Assembly (NCBI RefSeq): GCF_004010195.1
Contig: NC_057732.1
Span: 39,097,644 to 39,161,643, forward strand
Reading direction: 5' to 3'
Length of the DNA stretch: 64,000 nt
Source of the DNA: Chiloscyllium plagiosum
Lineage: Eukaryota
The position numbers were made by a program, and so were the translations under genes. Shown piece by piece: positions 39,253-52,199 of this stretch. The first letter of the stretch is position 1. Each line of letters opens with the position of its first letter. Below the pieces are notes generated by a model. That model worked only from the letters and a program-made list of their open reading frames with translations, did not search any database and had not been told where the DNA came from.

Positions 39253-42109
39253 AATATTTAAAAATATTTGATCGTGATCATTCTTTCAGTTTATTTCACT
39301 TGGAGTTCTAGCTTGAAGTTGGACAGTTAGCTGTGTGTTATATTTGTACATTAATGTATACATGCCTTTATGCTTTGTGTAATGTCTGTGTGTGTCATTA
39401 TGTGCTATCTGCCTGCTCCACTTGCATTTGTGTATTGTATTTTTTGTACCTTCTCCACCAGTTGTATGTTTGCATGCTATGTATGTACTATATATATATA
39501 AGTATTTCCTACAAAAGCATGAATTCTCCTTGGCAACGCCTCTACCAATCACAGTCTACTTGCCAACTTCACACTCTCTTCACACAATTGGTTTTTCCTC
39601 TGAGATTGGTATTCTTGTGAATTGTCCTGATGAGTGCAAGAGAAAAAGTTTATTCAAAATGTATCTCTTTCCAGCAGGGCTCAAGTTCTGTAAGACCAAA
39701 TGACTACATCTATAATTGTGCGTATGCATTGTATTCAGAATGTGGTCAGCAAATTTGTTCTCAACATGCAGTGTATTTGTTTACGGCATCCAGAGGAAGA
39801 GCTTGTATTTACATTTTAATTGGTTAGTGTTCAGCTGTTTCTTTTGCAAACTTGAAAAGTATGATTAAAATTTTTGACATAGCAGATTTAAAACAGGGGT
39901 TTTGCCTAATGAGGGCACAGAAACTGAGCAGAGCAAGAGACATCATTTCACACCACTGGCCAGTTCCCTGGCACAGTCTCAACTCCAAACCATTTTCAGG
40001 AAACTCACACTGGTGGCAGAATGACTATCTGCAGCAAACAGCATGTATCTTCTTACATTAATTAACAAGCAATCAGGCTGCAGGCCCCTTGTGGTATTGG
40101 GAGCATAACAGCTTCTTGATAGTGCCATCCTCTGGCCAATAATTGGCCTATTCAACAAAGATCAATTTAAGATTGCTGTTCTTGACAGTATTGGGTAGAA
40201 ATTCACATTTAATAACAACATCAGGCTCTCAACTCAAAAGGAAAGCTCTCTTTTTAATCACTCATACCTGTGGGCATCACTGGCTGACCAGCATTTATTG
40301 CCTATCCCTACAGTTGCCCTTCAGAAGATGGTGGTGAGCTGTGTTCTTGAACCACTGAAGTATATGTGCTGTAGATAGACCCACAATACCATTAGGGAAA
40401 GAATTCCAGGATTTTCCAGAGCCAGTTAAGAAACAGTAACATATTTCCAAGTCAGGACGGTGAGTAGCTTAGAGTGGAATTTACAGGCTGTAGTATTGCC
40501 ATGTGTCTGCTACCTTTGCTCTTCTATGCTGTTGTGGTCATGGGTTCGGAAAGTGCTGTCGAAGGAGTTTTGGTGATCTTCGGCAGTGCATCTTGTTGTT
40601 AGTACACAATGCAACTGCTCTCATGCACATCTTGATTGGAAAGGTTGATGAGCTACTTTCAATTGGATAGTAAATCAAATTTTCCACTGCTTATTTTGAT
40701 ATTAAGACACTTGTCGGAGTGATAGCAGTGAGTGGTCTTCAGGGCTGTAAAGTGCTTAGAGACATTCTGCACCGTGAAAGGTGCCATATCAAATTTCTTT
40801 AAAGGGCACAGATGAAGTGGGTATTACAATCAGTTTCTTCGGAAACATAGAAAATTTATATCGCAGAAGGAAGTTATTTGGCCTATTATGTCTGTGCCAG
40901 GCTGAATATAATTTCATCTTGGCTTCTTCTATTCCAATTAAACCAATCCCAATCTTTCCACATTGCTAAAATTCTTCAGTCCTGGCAACATTCTGAAAAA
41001 AAATCCCTCGGTACTCTCTCCAGTGCAATCACATCCTTTCTCCACACACTGATCAAAACTGTGTGCAGTACTCTCATGTAGTGTTTCACAGCTCTACTAA
41101 AATCTTTCTGCATTTAAATTCTGTCTCCAGTAATAAAGGAAGAAATCCCATTTGCCTTTAACCACCTCATCTATCTGTAATGCTACCTTCTGTGAACCTG
41201 CACCCAAGTCCCTGGGGAATTTGAGGTGCAGGAACTGTGTTCCCTGCTAATAGCTGTAGTGGTGAAAGCTGATGGCAGGTTTAATCATTTTTAAAAATGC
41301 TCTGTGTGGAATTGCATATATTTCCTGTGTATGCCACCAACACTTTGATTTTTATTTTGAATCACATGAGAAAAGGGAAAGAGCAAGGAAATGGCTCAGT
41401 GCTTGTTAATGCTGTCAGGAATGGCAGGCCACAGTTAAAATTCTACCCTGAGATTCCATATTTGACTTGTAAAAAATGTTATTACATATCTACTCCAGGG
41501 GCTAAATTTTACTGGAGGGCATAGTGCTCACCCACTTGGCAGGTAAGTGGGTGCTGCAGTGCAATGCTCAACAATCCCACCCTCCAGCAATAACAAATTG
41601 CTGGCAGCCTTAAGAAGGTAAAGTTTGGGTTTCCACCCTTAGTGAGAGAATATCCTACTTTGAAGAGCTGCTGGTTAATCCGATTGACAGGTAACTCTAG
41701 TGACTCCAGCAATGCTAGATCTCAGTGACAACTGCTGCAGGGACTGAGCTCAGGGTTGATTAATAAATATCTAGAATCCTCACCAGTGTCAAAACCTGTA
41801 AATAGCCTTGGGATCTCAGTGAATTGATATTTCTCCAATTTGCTTTATCACCAGGCACTGTTTTTCACAAAGCTGACGGGGACAGGCATGGAGGGAGTTT
41901 TTCAATTCTTTTCCTTCCCTGCCCCACCCAATAATTGTTTGCCTAAAATACAACCCACTTGCATATTCCCAAGTCCGGCATCAGAAAATGGGGAAACAGG
42001 TGAGGAACTAAAGGGCTCTTTCTGATCCTGCCTCAGACTCTAATTCGTTTCATGGGCAATTCTTCCACGGATGCTTTGGCAGTACTTTACTCAGTTCTAT
42101 TGCTAGGAT

Positions 42110-42211
42110 TCTGGATCAGTGGTGCTGGAAGAGCACAGCAGTTCAGGCAGCATCCAAGGAGCAGTGAAATCGACGTTTCGGGCAAAAGCCCTTCATCAGG
42201 AATAAAAAAAG
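42110..42211 (-). mobile_element. Short Penelope-like terminal-repeat insertion with a minimal hammerhead ribozyme motif
   Basis: Minus strand reads ATTC-CTGATGA-A-GGGC-TTTT-GCCC-GAAA-CGTC-GATT; flanked by the 13-bp direct repeat CTATTGCTAGGAT (42097-42109, 42212-42224). Confidence 0.75.
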
Positions 42212-42305
42212 CTATTGCTAGGATACCTATAGATCTCATACACCAAACATTCTGTAACCTTTGGAGGGGGATAGAATACAACAGTGTGCTGCACGTTTAA
42301 TAAAC

Positions 42306-42306
<1 letters not shown>

Positions 42307-42337
<31 letters not shown>
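42307..42337. repeat. (AC)n microsatellite
   Basis: acacatacacacacacacacacacacacaca. Confidence 0.9.
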
Positions 42338-42338
<1 letters not shown>

Positions 42339-42879
42339 GCCAATTCCACTGTTGACCTCAGTGAGCTGACACTCAGGAGTTGTACCAAACATTTGTGTTC
42401 TAACGTGTGGTTGTTCCGCCATCTAGTGGTGCTATTGGCAATATACAGAATCAAATCAAAAAGAGACAAGGGATTTTCATGCCGAACTGAGTTTCAGTTC
42501 CTTTTAATAAAATGCTAATTTTGCCTCAGACACTCCTTGTTTATCTCAGATTGAGTCAGAAATCACACGACACCAGGTTATAGTCCAACAGGTTCCAGCA
42601 GTGCTCTGAAAGCTTGTGATTTCAAATAAACCTGTTGGACTATAACTTGACATGGTGTGACTTCTGCCATTGTCCACACCAGCACCTCCACTTCATATCT
42701 CAGATTCAGTTAATGAATTTGGCTTGACCTGTCAGGCGAATGCTGTGGCCATCCTAAATCAGTGTTTTTTTCTCCCTTTCAGATCCATTTTAATCCACAA
42801 AAGTCTCAGGTATTAAAATCGGTTGCACAATAAGAGTCCATATTTTACCTCAGCATGACAAATTAGAGTACATTTCTGC

Positions 42880-45095
42880 TCATCCTGTATTATTCAAGAA
42901 CATCAGGGACAGCATAGAAGCAAAAGAAAAAGCATATAATGCGGCAAAGGGCAGTAGGAAGCCTGCAGATGCTGGAAACCAGATTCTGGAGTAGAGTGGT
43001 GCTGGAAAAGCACAGCAGTTCAGGCAGCATCCAAGGAGCAGTAAAATCAGGCAAAAGCCCTTCATCAGGAATACAGGCAGAGTGCCTGAAGAGGGCCAGG
43101 AGAATGGGAAGTCTACAAAAACCGATAGAGAACAACTAAAAAAGAAGTAAGGAAGGGAAGATTAAATATGAGGGTAAGCTACAAGAGTTTCTTCAGATAT
43201 ATAAAGAGCAAAAGAGGACATTGGGCCACTGAAAAATGATGCTGGAGAAGTAGTAATGGGGAACAAAGAGATGGCTGAGTAACTAAACGAATACTTTGCA
43301 TCAGTCTTCAGAGTGAAAGACACAAGTAACATCCTAAAAATTCAAGAGAGTCAGGGGCAGAGGTGAATGTGGTGGGCACGACCAAGGAGAAGGTACTAGA
43401 AAAACTGAAAGTGGATAAATACTTGGATGAGATGGACGACACCCCAGAGTTCTGAAGGCAATAGCTGGAGAGGTAGTGGAGGCTTAAGTGGTGAGCTTTC
43501 AGGAATCACTGGAGTCAAGGAGAGTCCCTGAGGACTGGAAAATCGCTAATGTAACCCCCCTGTTTAAGAAGGGAGCAAGGCAAAAGACTGGGAATTACAT
43601 GCTGACTAGCCTGACCTCGGTCATTGGTAAGATTTTGGAGTCCTTTGTGAAGAATGAGAGTTCTGAATACATGGGAGTGCATGGTAAAAAAGGGCAAAGC
43701 CAGCATGGTTTCATCAAGGAGAGGTCATGCCTGACAAATCTGTTAGAATTCTTTGAGGATGTATCGATTAGGTTAGACCAATGAGAGGCAATGGATGCTA
43801 TCTACCTGACTTCCAGAAGGCCTTTGACAAGATGCTGCACCGGAGGCTGCTGAGTAAGATAACAGCCCTTGGTATTAGAGGCAAGTTACTAGCATGGATA
43901 GAAGATTGACTGTCTGGCAGGAAGTGGGAGAAAGCGAGGACTGCGTTTGCTGGAGATCAGAATTGAAAAATCTGGCACTGGAAAAGCACAGCAGGGCAGG
44001 CAGCATCCAAGGAGCAGGAGAGTCAACATTTCAGGCATAAGCCCTTCATCAGAATGTGTCTGGCAGGAAGCAGAGAGTGGGGATAAAAAGGTCTTTCTCA
44101 GGATGGCAGCCAGTGACTAGTGGTATTCCACAAGGACGAGTGTTGGGATCACAACGTTTCACTTTATACATTAATTATTTAGATGATGGAACTGAAGGCA
44201 TTCTGGCTAAGTTTGCAGATGATATAAATATAGGTAGAGGGACAGGTAACATTGAGGAGGCAGGGAGACTGCAGCAAGATTTTGACAGGTTTGGAGAGTG
44301 GGTAATGAAGTAGCAGATGGAGTACAATGTAGGAAAGTGTGGAGTAATGTACTTTGATAGGGAGAATAGATGCATGAGGAGAAACGTCAGAAATCTGAAG
44401 TGCAAATGGACTTGGTACTTCTAGTCCATGATTCACTGAAGGTTCACTTGCAGGTTAACTTCCTCAAAGAATTTTAACAGATTTGTCAGGTTGAATCAGT
44501 GGTTAGGGAGGCAAATACAATGCTGGCATTTCTTTTGAGAGGACTGGAATATAAAAGCAGAAATGTACTTCTGAGGTTATGTAAAGCTCTGGTCAGATCA
44601 CATTTAGAATATTGTGAGCAATTTTGGATCCCATATCTCAGAAAGGATGTGCTGGCCCTGGTATGGTTCTAGAGGAAGTTCACGAGGATGATCCAAGGAA
44701 TGAAAGTCTTAACATAAGAGGAACACTTGAGGAATTTGGGTCTACACTCGATGGAATTTAGAAGGATTGGGGGAATTTAATTGAAACTTACAGAATACTG
44801 AAAGTCTTGGATGTTGGGAAGATGTTTCTATTAGCAGGAGAAATTAGGATGAGGAGAAATTTCTTCAGCCAGAGAATGGTGAATCCTTGGAATTCATCGC
44901 CACAGGAGGCTGTGGAGGCCAGGTCATTGAATATATTTAAGACGGAGATAGAGGTTCTTGATTGTTAAGGGGATCAAAGATTACTGGATGAAGGCGGGAA
45001 AATGGATATGAGAAACCTATCAACTGGATTGAATGGCAGAGCAGACACAATGGGGTGATTGGCCGAATCCCTGCTCCTGTGTTTTGTAGTCTTAA
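42880..45095 (+). mobile_element. Long CR1 LINE ORF2 remnant (RT + 3' end) with two Penelope-like inserts
   Basis: 'VPEDWKIANVTPLFKKG..QSQHGFIKERSCLTNLLEFFE', 'SGIPQGRVLG..LAKFADD'. The insert at 43925-44056 is flanked by TGTCTGGCAGGAAG (43911-43924, 44057-44070). Confidence 0.9.
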
Positions 45096-46429
45096 GAAAG
45101 TAAGGAGAGAGGAAACAGGCCAGTTAGCCTGATGTCAGTCAACAGGAATGTCAGGAATCTATTATTAAAGAAACATAAAAAAGTCACTTAGAAAATCATT
45201 GAATGATTTAAAAAGTCAATATGTAGAGATCCAGCTTCTTACAAGGGCAAATTAATGCACAGGTTTTACTTCAGGTCCAGAATATTGAATTTCGACAAAA
45301 ATCTATTGTCACCATGGAACCCTCTGGAATCTCTGGTTTGAAAACCTTATGTGCCTCACATAAAGATTCTTCTTGTTGATGTTCATTTCCTTTTATTGCT
45401 TTAATCGAGTTAAACCTCGGGGATGGAGCAGAGGCATGGATTGACACACTTGATTATGGACTTGTTGCAGAATGTTTTGTTCCTGTTCTGTGATGACTGT
45501 ATGGGTGGAGTTTACTGAAGGTGGTGAGAGTCCAACATCAGACACCAAAATTTATTCACCCACATGACTTGATCTGTATAAATCCTGAGTTAATTAAGAT
45601 GCTAATTGGTAATCATAACCTTGACACCGTAACTCTAGGAGCACCTAATTATTGTGCTTTCCCCAGTCATGCAGAAATCTCAACCCCCCCGGGAACTGCT
45701 GACCAATCAGAAACAGGCTGCTCCCCATTGCCAGCATAGTGTCACCAGGGGTGGAGTCTGCCAGAACGACATTGGCCCTTCACCGAAGATCTCGGGAGAT
45801 CATTAAATGAGGGCAAACTGAGGAGATGATCACCGATATAGGGAAGAGGATCAGAGGAAAGAGTGGGTTTCTGACTTTCAGTGGGCATTCTCGTCCCATC
45901 ACTGGGTGAGTGGCTTTGAATAAGAGATCTCTATCCCCCTCCCACAACCAGAGTCTTTATTATGAGTCCCAACCTATCATTGAATACCAGCGGCAATGTG
46001 ATCAGGCTGATTAATGCCCACTTAAGGATCTTAAGTGATATACAGGGAGGAAAGTCATCTAGGAGAAAGTGAGGACCACAGATGCTGAAGATCAAAGTCG
46101 AGAAGCGTGGGGCTGGAAAAGCACAACAATCTTCCAGCAACGACTTTATTCGGAGAATGGGGGAGGTGTCCATCCTGCACCCTCCAGCCCAACGAAACAC
46201 TTTGCCAACTCTACCATCAGCGCTCATTTCCAGGAGGTGTGGTTTGGCATTTATTCCATCCTAAGGCTTTATCAACAGCAGAGAAAATTGGCCAAGCAAC
46301 CCAATTGATTTATGCTCTTCAGAAAACACTTGTTGTATGATGGATCCTCCCCACTGTCACTTTGGTGAAAGATGCACCATGTGGATATGCTACCACCAGC
46401 TTCCTTTCGAACTAGACAGGCCAGCAGAA

Positions 46430-48635
46430 GTAGTAAGGGTAGATGCAGGAAGGATGTTCCTGATGACAGAACTAGCAGTCACAGTCTAAGGATATGGACT
46501 AAACCACTTATGACTGAGATGAGGAGAAATTTCTTCACCCAGAATGATGAGCTTGTGGAATTCACTAACACATAAAACAATTGAAGTCAAAACATTGTAT
46601 GATTTCAAAAAGGAGTTTGATATAGCAGTTTCTGAGGAAGGTTGTGCTGGTGTTGGAGAAGGTCCAGAGGTTTACAAGAATGATCCTGTAAATGAAAGGC
46701 TTGTCCTTTGAGAGGCTGTTGAGGATGTTAGGTCTGTACTCAGTGGAGTTTAGAAGGGGGGGGATTTCGTGGTAACTTTCAGAATGCTGAGAAGCTTGGA
46801 TAGAATGGATGTGGAGAAGAAGTTTCCACTTGTAGAGGAGACTAGGACCCAAGGCCACAGCCTCAGAGTGAAGGATGATCCTTTAGAACTGAGATGAGGA
46901 GAAATTTCTTCAGCCAGAGGGTGGTTAAGCTGTAGAAGCCAAGTCATTGAGTAATTTAAGACAGAGATGGACAGGTTCTTGATTCATAAAGGGATCATAG
47001 AGTCATAGAGATGTAAAGCATGGAAACAGACCCTTCAGTCCAACCCATCCAGACCGACCAGATATCCCAAACCAATCTAGTCCCACCTGCCAGCACCCGG
47101 TCCATATCCCTCCAGACCCTTCCTATTCATAATACCCATCCAAATGCCTCTTAGATGTTGCTTGTACCAGCCTCCATCACTTCCTCTGGCAATTCATTCC
47201 ATACACATACAACCCTCTATGTGAAAAAGTTGCCCCTTAGGTCTCTTTTATATCTTTCCCCTCTCACCCTAAACCTATGTCCTCTAGTTCTTAAATCTTT
47301 TCTGAACTCTTTCAAGTTTCACAACATCTTTCCAATAGGAAGGAGACCAGAATTGCACGCAATATTCCAACAGTGGCCTAACCAATGTCCTGTACAGCCC
47401 CTTGGTTTGCTTCTTTAAAGAAAATGAGAGAGAAATTTCATTGAAACAAAAGTCAATGATACATAACTGCTGTTTCCAATAATTCAGGGTTGTCAAGTTT
47501 GGTTTCACGCATTCAAGGAGATGTTCTCATGTGACCACCTATCCTCAACTGTACTTCACTTAGACTTAGACTTAACACAGTGGACACCCAATACATGCAT
47601 CATCACCTTCTCAATATATCCCGGTTTTGACTTTGGACAATCACCTGCGTACTTGACCTCCAACTGTGTTATAGAGGCACAATGGAAGCTCAGGTTAACA
47701 GAGCAGTTAGTAAAGCATACAGTATCCTTCCTAGGCTTTATTAATAGGGACATAGAGTATGAAAGCAAGGAGATTATGGTGAATGTCTATACGGCATGTG
47801 TTCAAGCTCAGCTGGAGCACTACGTCCAATTCTGGGTGCCACACTTTAGGAAGATGTGAAGGCACTAGAGTGTGCTGAAAATATTCAGGATAATGGTTCC
47901 AGGATGAGGGACTTCAGTTATGCAGCCAGATTGGTGATGTTATTACAGTATTTCTTGGGAAAGGGAAAGCTAAGGGATCTGAAAGAGATATTCAAAATTA
48001 TAAGGGGTGTGGATGGAGCAAATATTATAAAGAGAAACAATTCCCACTTGTGAAAAGACCGACAGCAAGAGATCACAGGTTTAAAGCAATTGGCAAAAGA
48101 AACAAAAGCAATAAGGAAAACTCTTTCATGAAACAAGTGGTTAAGGTCTGAAATGCCTAAGTGTGTTGTGGAGGCAAGTTCAAAGCAGTCAGAGTCAGAT
48201 TTGTACAGCATGGAAACAGACGCTTCAGTCCAACTCATTCATGCCGACCAGATATCCTAAACTGATCTAGTCACATTTGCCGGCATTTGGCACATATCCT
48301 TCTAAACCCTTGCTGTTCATGTACACATCCAAGTGCCTTTTAAATGTTGCAATTGTAACTGCCTCCACCACCACTGGCAGCTTGTTCCTAACTCGCTCCA
48401 CCCTCTGCATGAAAAAGTTGCCCTCAGGCTCTTTTTAAATCTTTCCCCTCATCTTAAACCTATGCTGTCTGGTTTTAGACTCACCTACCTTGGGAAAAAA
48501 GACCTTGGCTATTCACAGTATTCATGCCCATCATGATTTCATTAACCTCTATAAGGTCACCCCTTAGCCTCTAACATTCCAGGAAAAAAAGACCCAGTGT
48601 ATTCAGCCTCTCCCTGTAGCTCAAACCTTCCAATC
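46430..48635. mobile_element. Patchwork of CR1 3' fragments in both orientations
   Basis: 'EMRRNFFTQ', '[19 protein letters not shown]', 'QLEHYVQFWVPHFRK', and reverse-complement CR1 tails at ~46995-47400 and ~48190-48635. Confidence 0.8.
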
Positions 48636-50831
48636 TCAGCAAAGGGAGTTAGTGATTTTTTTCCCCCAAAAAAGAACATGCAGAGTTACAGGGTGAATGC
48701 AGGAGAATGTCAGCTCAGGAAATACTTGTTCAGATCACTGGTGCTGACATTATATGCTAAATGGCCTCTGATGGTTCTGTAACAATTCTGCAATTGTGAA
48801 CAGAACATCTCTTCTTTTTTGATTAAGCTCTTTATAGCCTTCCAAGTCCAACGTTGACTTCACCCAATTTCAAATAATAACTAGCATTTTTATTTTCTCA
48901 GACTGCAACTGTTGCAAATAACAATGACACCGTGCAGATAAGTAATTTGTTATTTTACTTGTGTCCCATCATCTCCTTTTGCTTTGCGCATTGCATTATC
49001 ATTTAATTCCTCCTTCCCCCTCATCTTTCAACTTTGTTCTCCTCCCTGTTAGCTCTGTACTTACTTAAAACCAGTAAGTTTGTTTTTGCAGTGGTCTTAA
49101 ATTGGATTGCCTTCCTTAGGCCATTTGTCACTAACATAATCCTATGCAGAAATAACATTTCTATGATGCAGAAGAACATAATTAACCTGAAATGTTAACT
49201 CTGTTCTTATCTTCTTGGATACTATCAAAACTACTCAGCATTTTTTGTTTTCATTCCCTAGAGTGGAATTGAGTTGATTTCTCCCATTGCAGTGCATAAA
49301 ACAGATTGAAATTAGAACCAACAATAGACGGGTAAAACAAAGAACTGTGATGCTAAACATCTGAAACAAAAACAGAACTTGCTGGAGAAACTGGTAGCAT
49401 TTGTGGTGAGAATGCTGAGTTAAAGATTCAGTTAAAAACTCATTTTTGTCTCCACTGATGGTGCCAGTCTCTCCAGAAATTTGTTTTGATTTCAGCAAAG
49501 AATGAAACTTGGTAAATCTTACAAACAAAGCGCTTACTGCCTATCATTTTGTGGGAACTGGTGTTGCCGACATTCCATGTAGCCTCTTTGAGGCGTGACC
49601 GCTCCTCCACACTGTCAGAATCTGAATCAGACTCCACACTGGCCGCCGCCATCTTCGACCTCCCTCCGCACTGCTTGCGGTTGGGTTACGGTAGAAGGTA
49701 GAATAGTTGCAGTATCAGCCATGATTGAATGGCACAGCAGACTCAGTAGGCTGAATGGCCTTATTCCCACATATATTATACACTTGCTGCTGTACTTTTC
49801 GTACCAAGAGTGAAATGCTTTCAGCATTGACTAGATTTTGCCTTGTTGAATTTTTCTGTGAATTGCTCTTCTGCAGATGACAGTTCAGCTCTTTCAGCTA
49901 CTGATGTCTACACAAGTTACTCTCTTACATTCTTCTGATATCACTGGATCCAAAGTGCTATCTACTCTTTGTATTGTTCAAATTTGCAACAGCGCTCACC
50001 ATGTTATAACATGATGTAATGCCCCCTGCTGGCAACATGTTGTATAATGAATCATACACCATGGCTCATTGTGTTTATGTGCTCACTGGATTCTTTGCCT
50101 GGTAGATTTAGGAATGATAGGACCTGCTTTGTCTAGTGGGATGAGAGGAAAACCACTGGGCAGGGTAAATAGAAGAGACTCATTTCTTCAACAATGTATT
50201 TTATTACATGTTGGCAATTTACAAACAAGTTACGTTGGATGATAGACATGGTTCCTAAAAGTACCAGGAGACTGGATCTGTCTCCTTCCAGATTCAGAGC
50301 TGTTTCCCTATCTATGTCCTCCTGATATCATCATATTTGCTAGGGCTTAATGCACTCTGCAGCATTAACCCTTTTAGAACCAAACATCTCATACAACACA
50401 TGAAGACACACATTTAATAGTAACAACAATAAAGTATACAATTCTAGTGAGGGTGCACTAGCAGAAGATCCTGCGTGTGTATGTGCATATAGCATTAAAA
50501 GTGGCAGGATAAAGTGGTTAGAAATGTACACAGAGTCCTAATAGGGGCATAAGTGATGAAAATGTGGGCTTGTACAGAACAATTTTAACTTGGCGTCTCT
50601 GGGGAAATGTCCCTTGGAAAGGATGTCGGCCTCGGGGCCCCATCGGGATCAAACATTCTACTTGCGAGTCTCAGTTGGATCTGCCACAACACGGAAGCTG
50701 AGTTCTCAGTATCTACCGGTACAGTTACCGATCACATTTACAACATCCGGTAGCCAAAAGTACTCTCTGACATCATGCGGATGTTTTTGTTGTCGCAATT
50801 TCGTGGTTGCTCTGTAACTGGCCGCCCCCAG

Positions 50832-50840
50832 TTCCGGGAA
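50832..50840. promoter_or_regulatory. GAS (STAT-binding) element TTCCGGGAA
   Basis: Exact TTC-N3-GAA consensus within the CpG-rich region. Confidence 0.5.
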
Positions 50841-51176
50841 CAGAATCGTCCAGGTCAACAGAAGAGGAAGAAGGCCCTTCAGCCCATCGGGTGTGCACTG
50901 GTCATAAACAATCACCTAACTATTCCAATACTATTATCCAGCACTTTAACCAATTGTAAGCCTTGTCATTCAGATAAGTACATTTCAATATTTTTAAATG
51001 ATGTGAGGGAAACGCGATTTCTAGAAATTGAGAGTATGTTAAGGCTGAAATTGTCTGAATTAAACAGGAATTCGGAAGGGGAAGCGGTTTAGGCAATTTG
51101 GGGAAAAAGCGTTGTAACTTTTTGCGTCGATGAACTTTGTCACTCGCTGAATTTTTATTCCGAAGTTAAACAAGTC

Positions 51177-51188
51177 AGTTTCACTTTC
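51177..51188. promoter_or_regulatory. ISRE / IRF-E element AGTTTCACTTTC
   Basis: Exact match to AGTTTCNNTTTC, ~110 bp upstream of the candidate first donor. Confidence 0.6.
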
Positions 51189-51444
51189 ACAAGTTCACTG
51201 CGTCAACAGTTATCGTCAAACGAATAGTGCCAGAATAGATCGCGAACTTTTCTCCCGGGTCGTAAGACGCGTTTGTTTTCTCTCTCATTTTGGGGATCAG
51301 GTACAGAATCAGAATTTACCTCCCACTTCGTGTTTTTATTGCTCCATCGATCGGTTTCGTTGTTGTCAGGTGACCAAATGATCATCAGAAAAGAACTGTA
51401 AATGAGAAACAAAAATATAAATTACTGGAGCAGCTCAGCAGCGT

Positions 51445-51570
51445 CCTGATGAAGGGCTAATGCCCTAAACATCGACTCTCCTGCTCTTCAGATGCTGCCT
51501 GACCTGCTGTGCTTTTCCAGCACCACACTCTCGACTCCGACCTCCAGCATCTGCAGCCCTCACTTTCTCC
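51445..51570 (+). mobile_element. Penelope-like terminal-repeat fragment
   Basis: cctgatgaagggctaatgccctaaac...ctccagcatctgcagccctcactttctcc, the same family as 23485-23597. Confidence 0.7.
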
Positions 51571-52199
51571 CAAATGATGATAGTAGCTCACGACAACTGA
51601 ATAAATGACAGAACTCAAGGAAATTGGGACCCGGGTCCTGGAAGGTTGGGGAGTGATGGGAATTCTCCAGTTCCCTCTCCTGTTGCAAACAAATCTCTAA
51701 ACTGCTCAGTGAGCATTGCTTCTCTATCGGTTCTTCTTGCTGAAATAATCCAATAGTAATCCCACTCTCCTGGAATATTAGATGTTTCAAAGCAGAGAAC
51801 TATAAACATTTCAGAGACATTAAAACGAATCTTCTGCTTGTTCAAGTTTGCAGGCACTTGGAGCTTTTTAAGCCACTGTCATTATGCTAAGTGAAACCAG
51901 CCTTTCGGAAACCACGGGCTGTTTTTGTGTGCATGATCTAAATTATCACAAAGGACTCTCCAAGGTACTTCAAGGATCAGTGAAACAGATGACCAAACAA
52001 CAAGACGTCTTATTTTAAGAAGGGTGGTCTTTAATTGGAGATCCCTGGAGTGAATCATATTGTGACGATTGATGACTAGTTGGTGAGTTTATTTTTATAA
52101 TTGAAGAGAATGCAAACTGAGAGTCAAATGAAAGAGCTAAAAAGAATAGTTTTCTTTGATCCTAAAGTTGGATGCAGCCAGACAGATGTGACAGAGTTG

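Larger units (their letters stand above)
50590..51300 (+). promoter_or_regulatory. CpG-rich promoter / probable non-coding first exon of gene 2
   Basis: Visibly raised CpG density against a CpG-depleted background; GC box GCCGCCCC at 50821; candidate donor CAG|GTACAG after 51300. The ATG exon at 53730 begins with a splice acceptor, so an upstream 5'UTR exon is expected. Confidence 0.6.
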
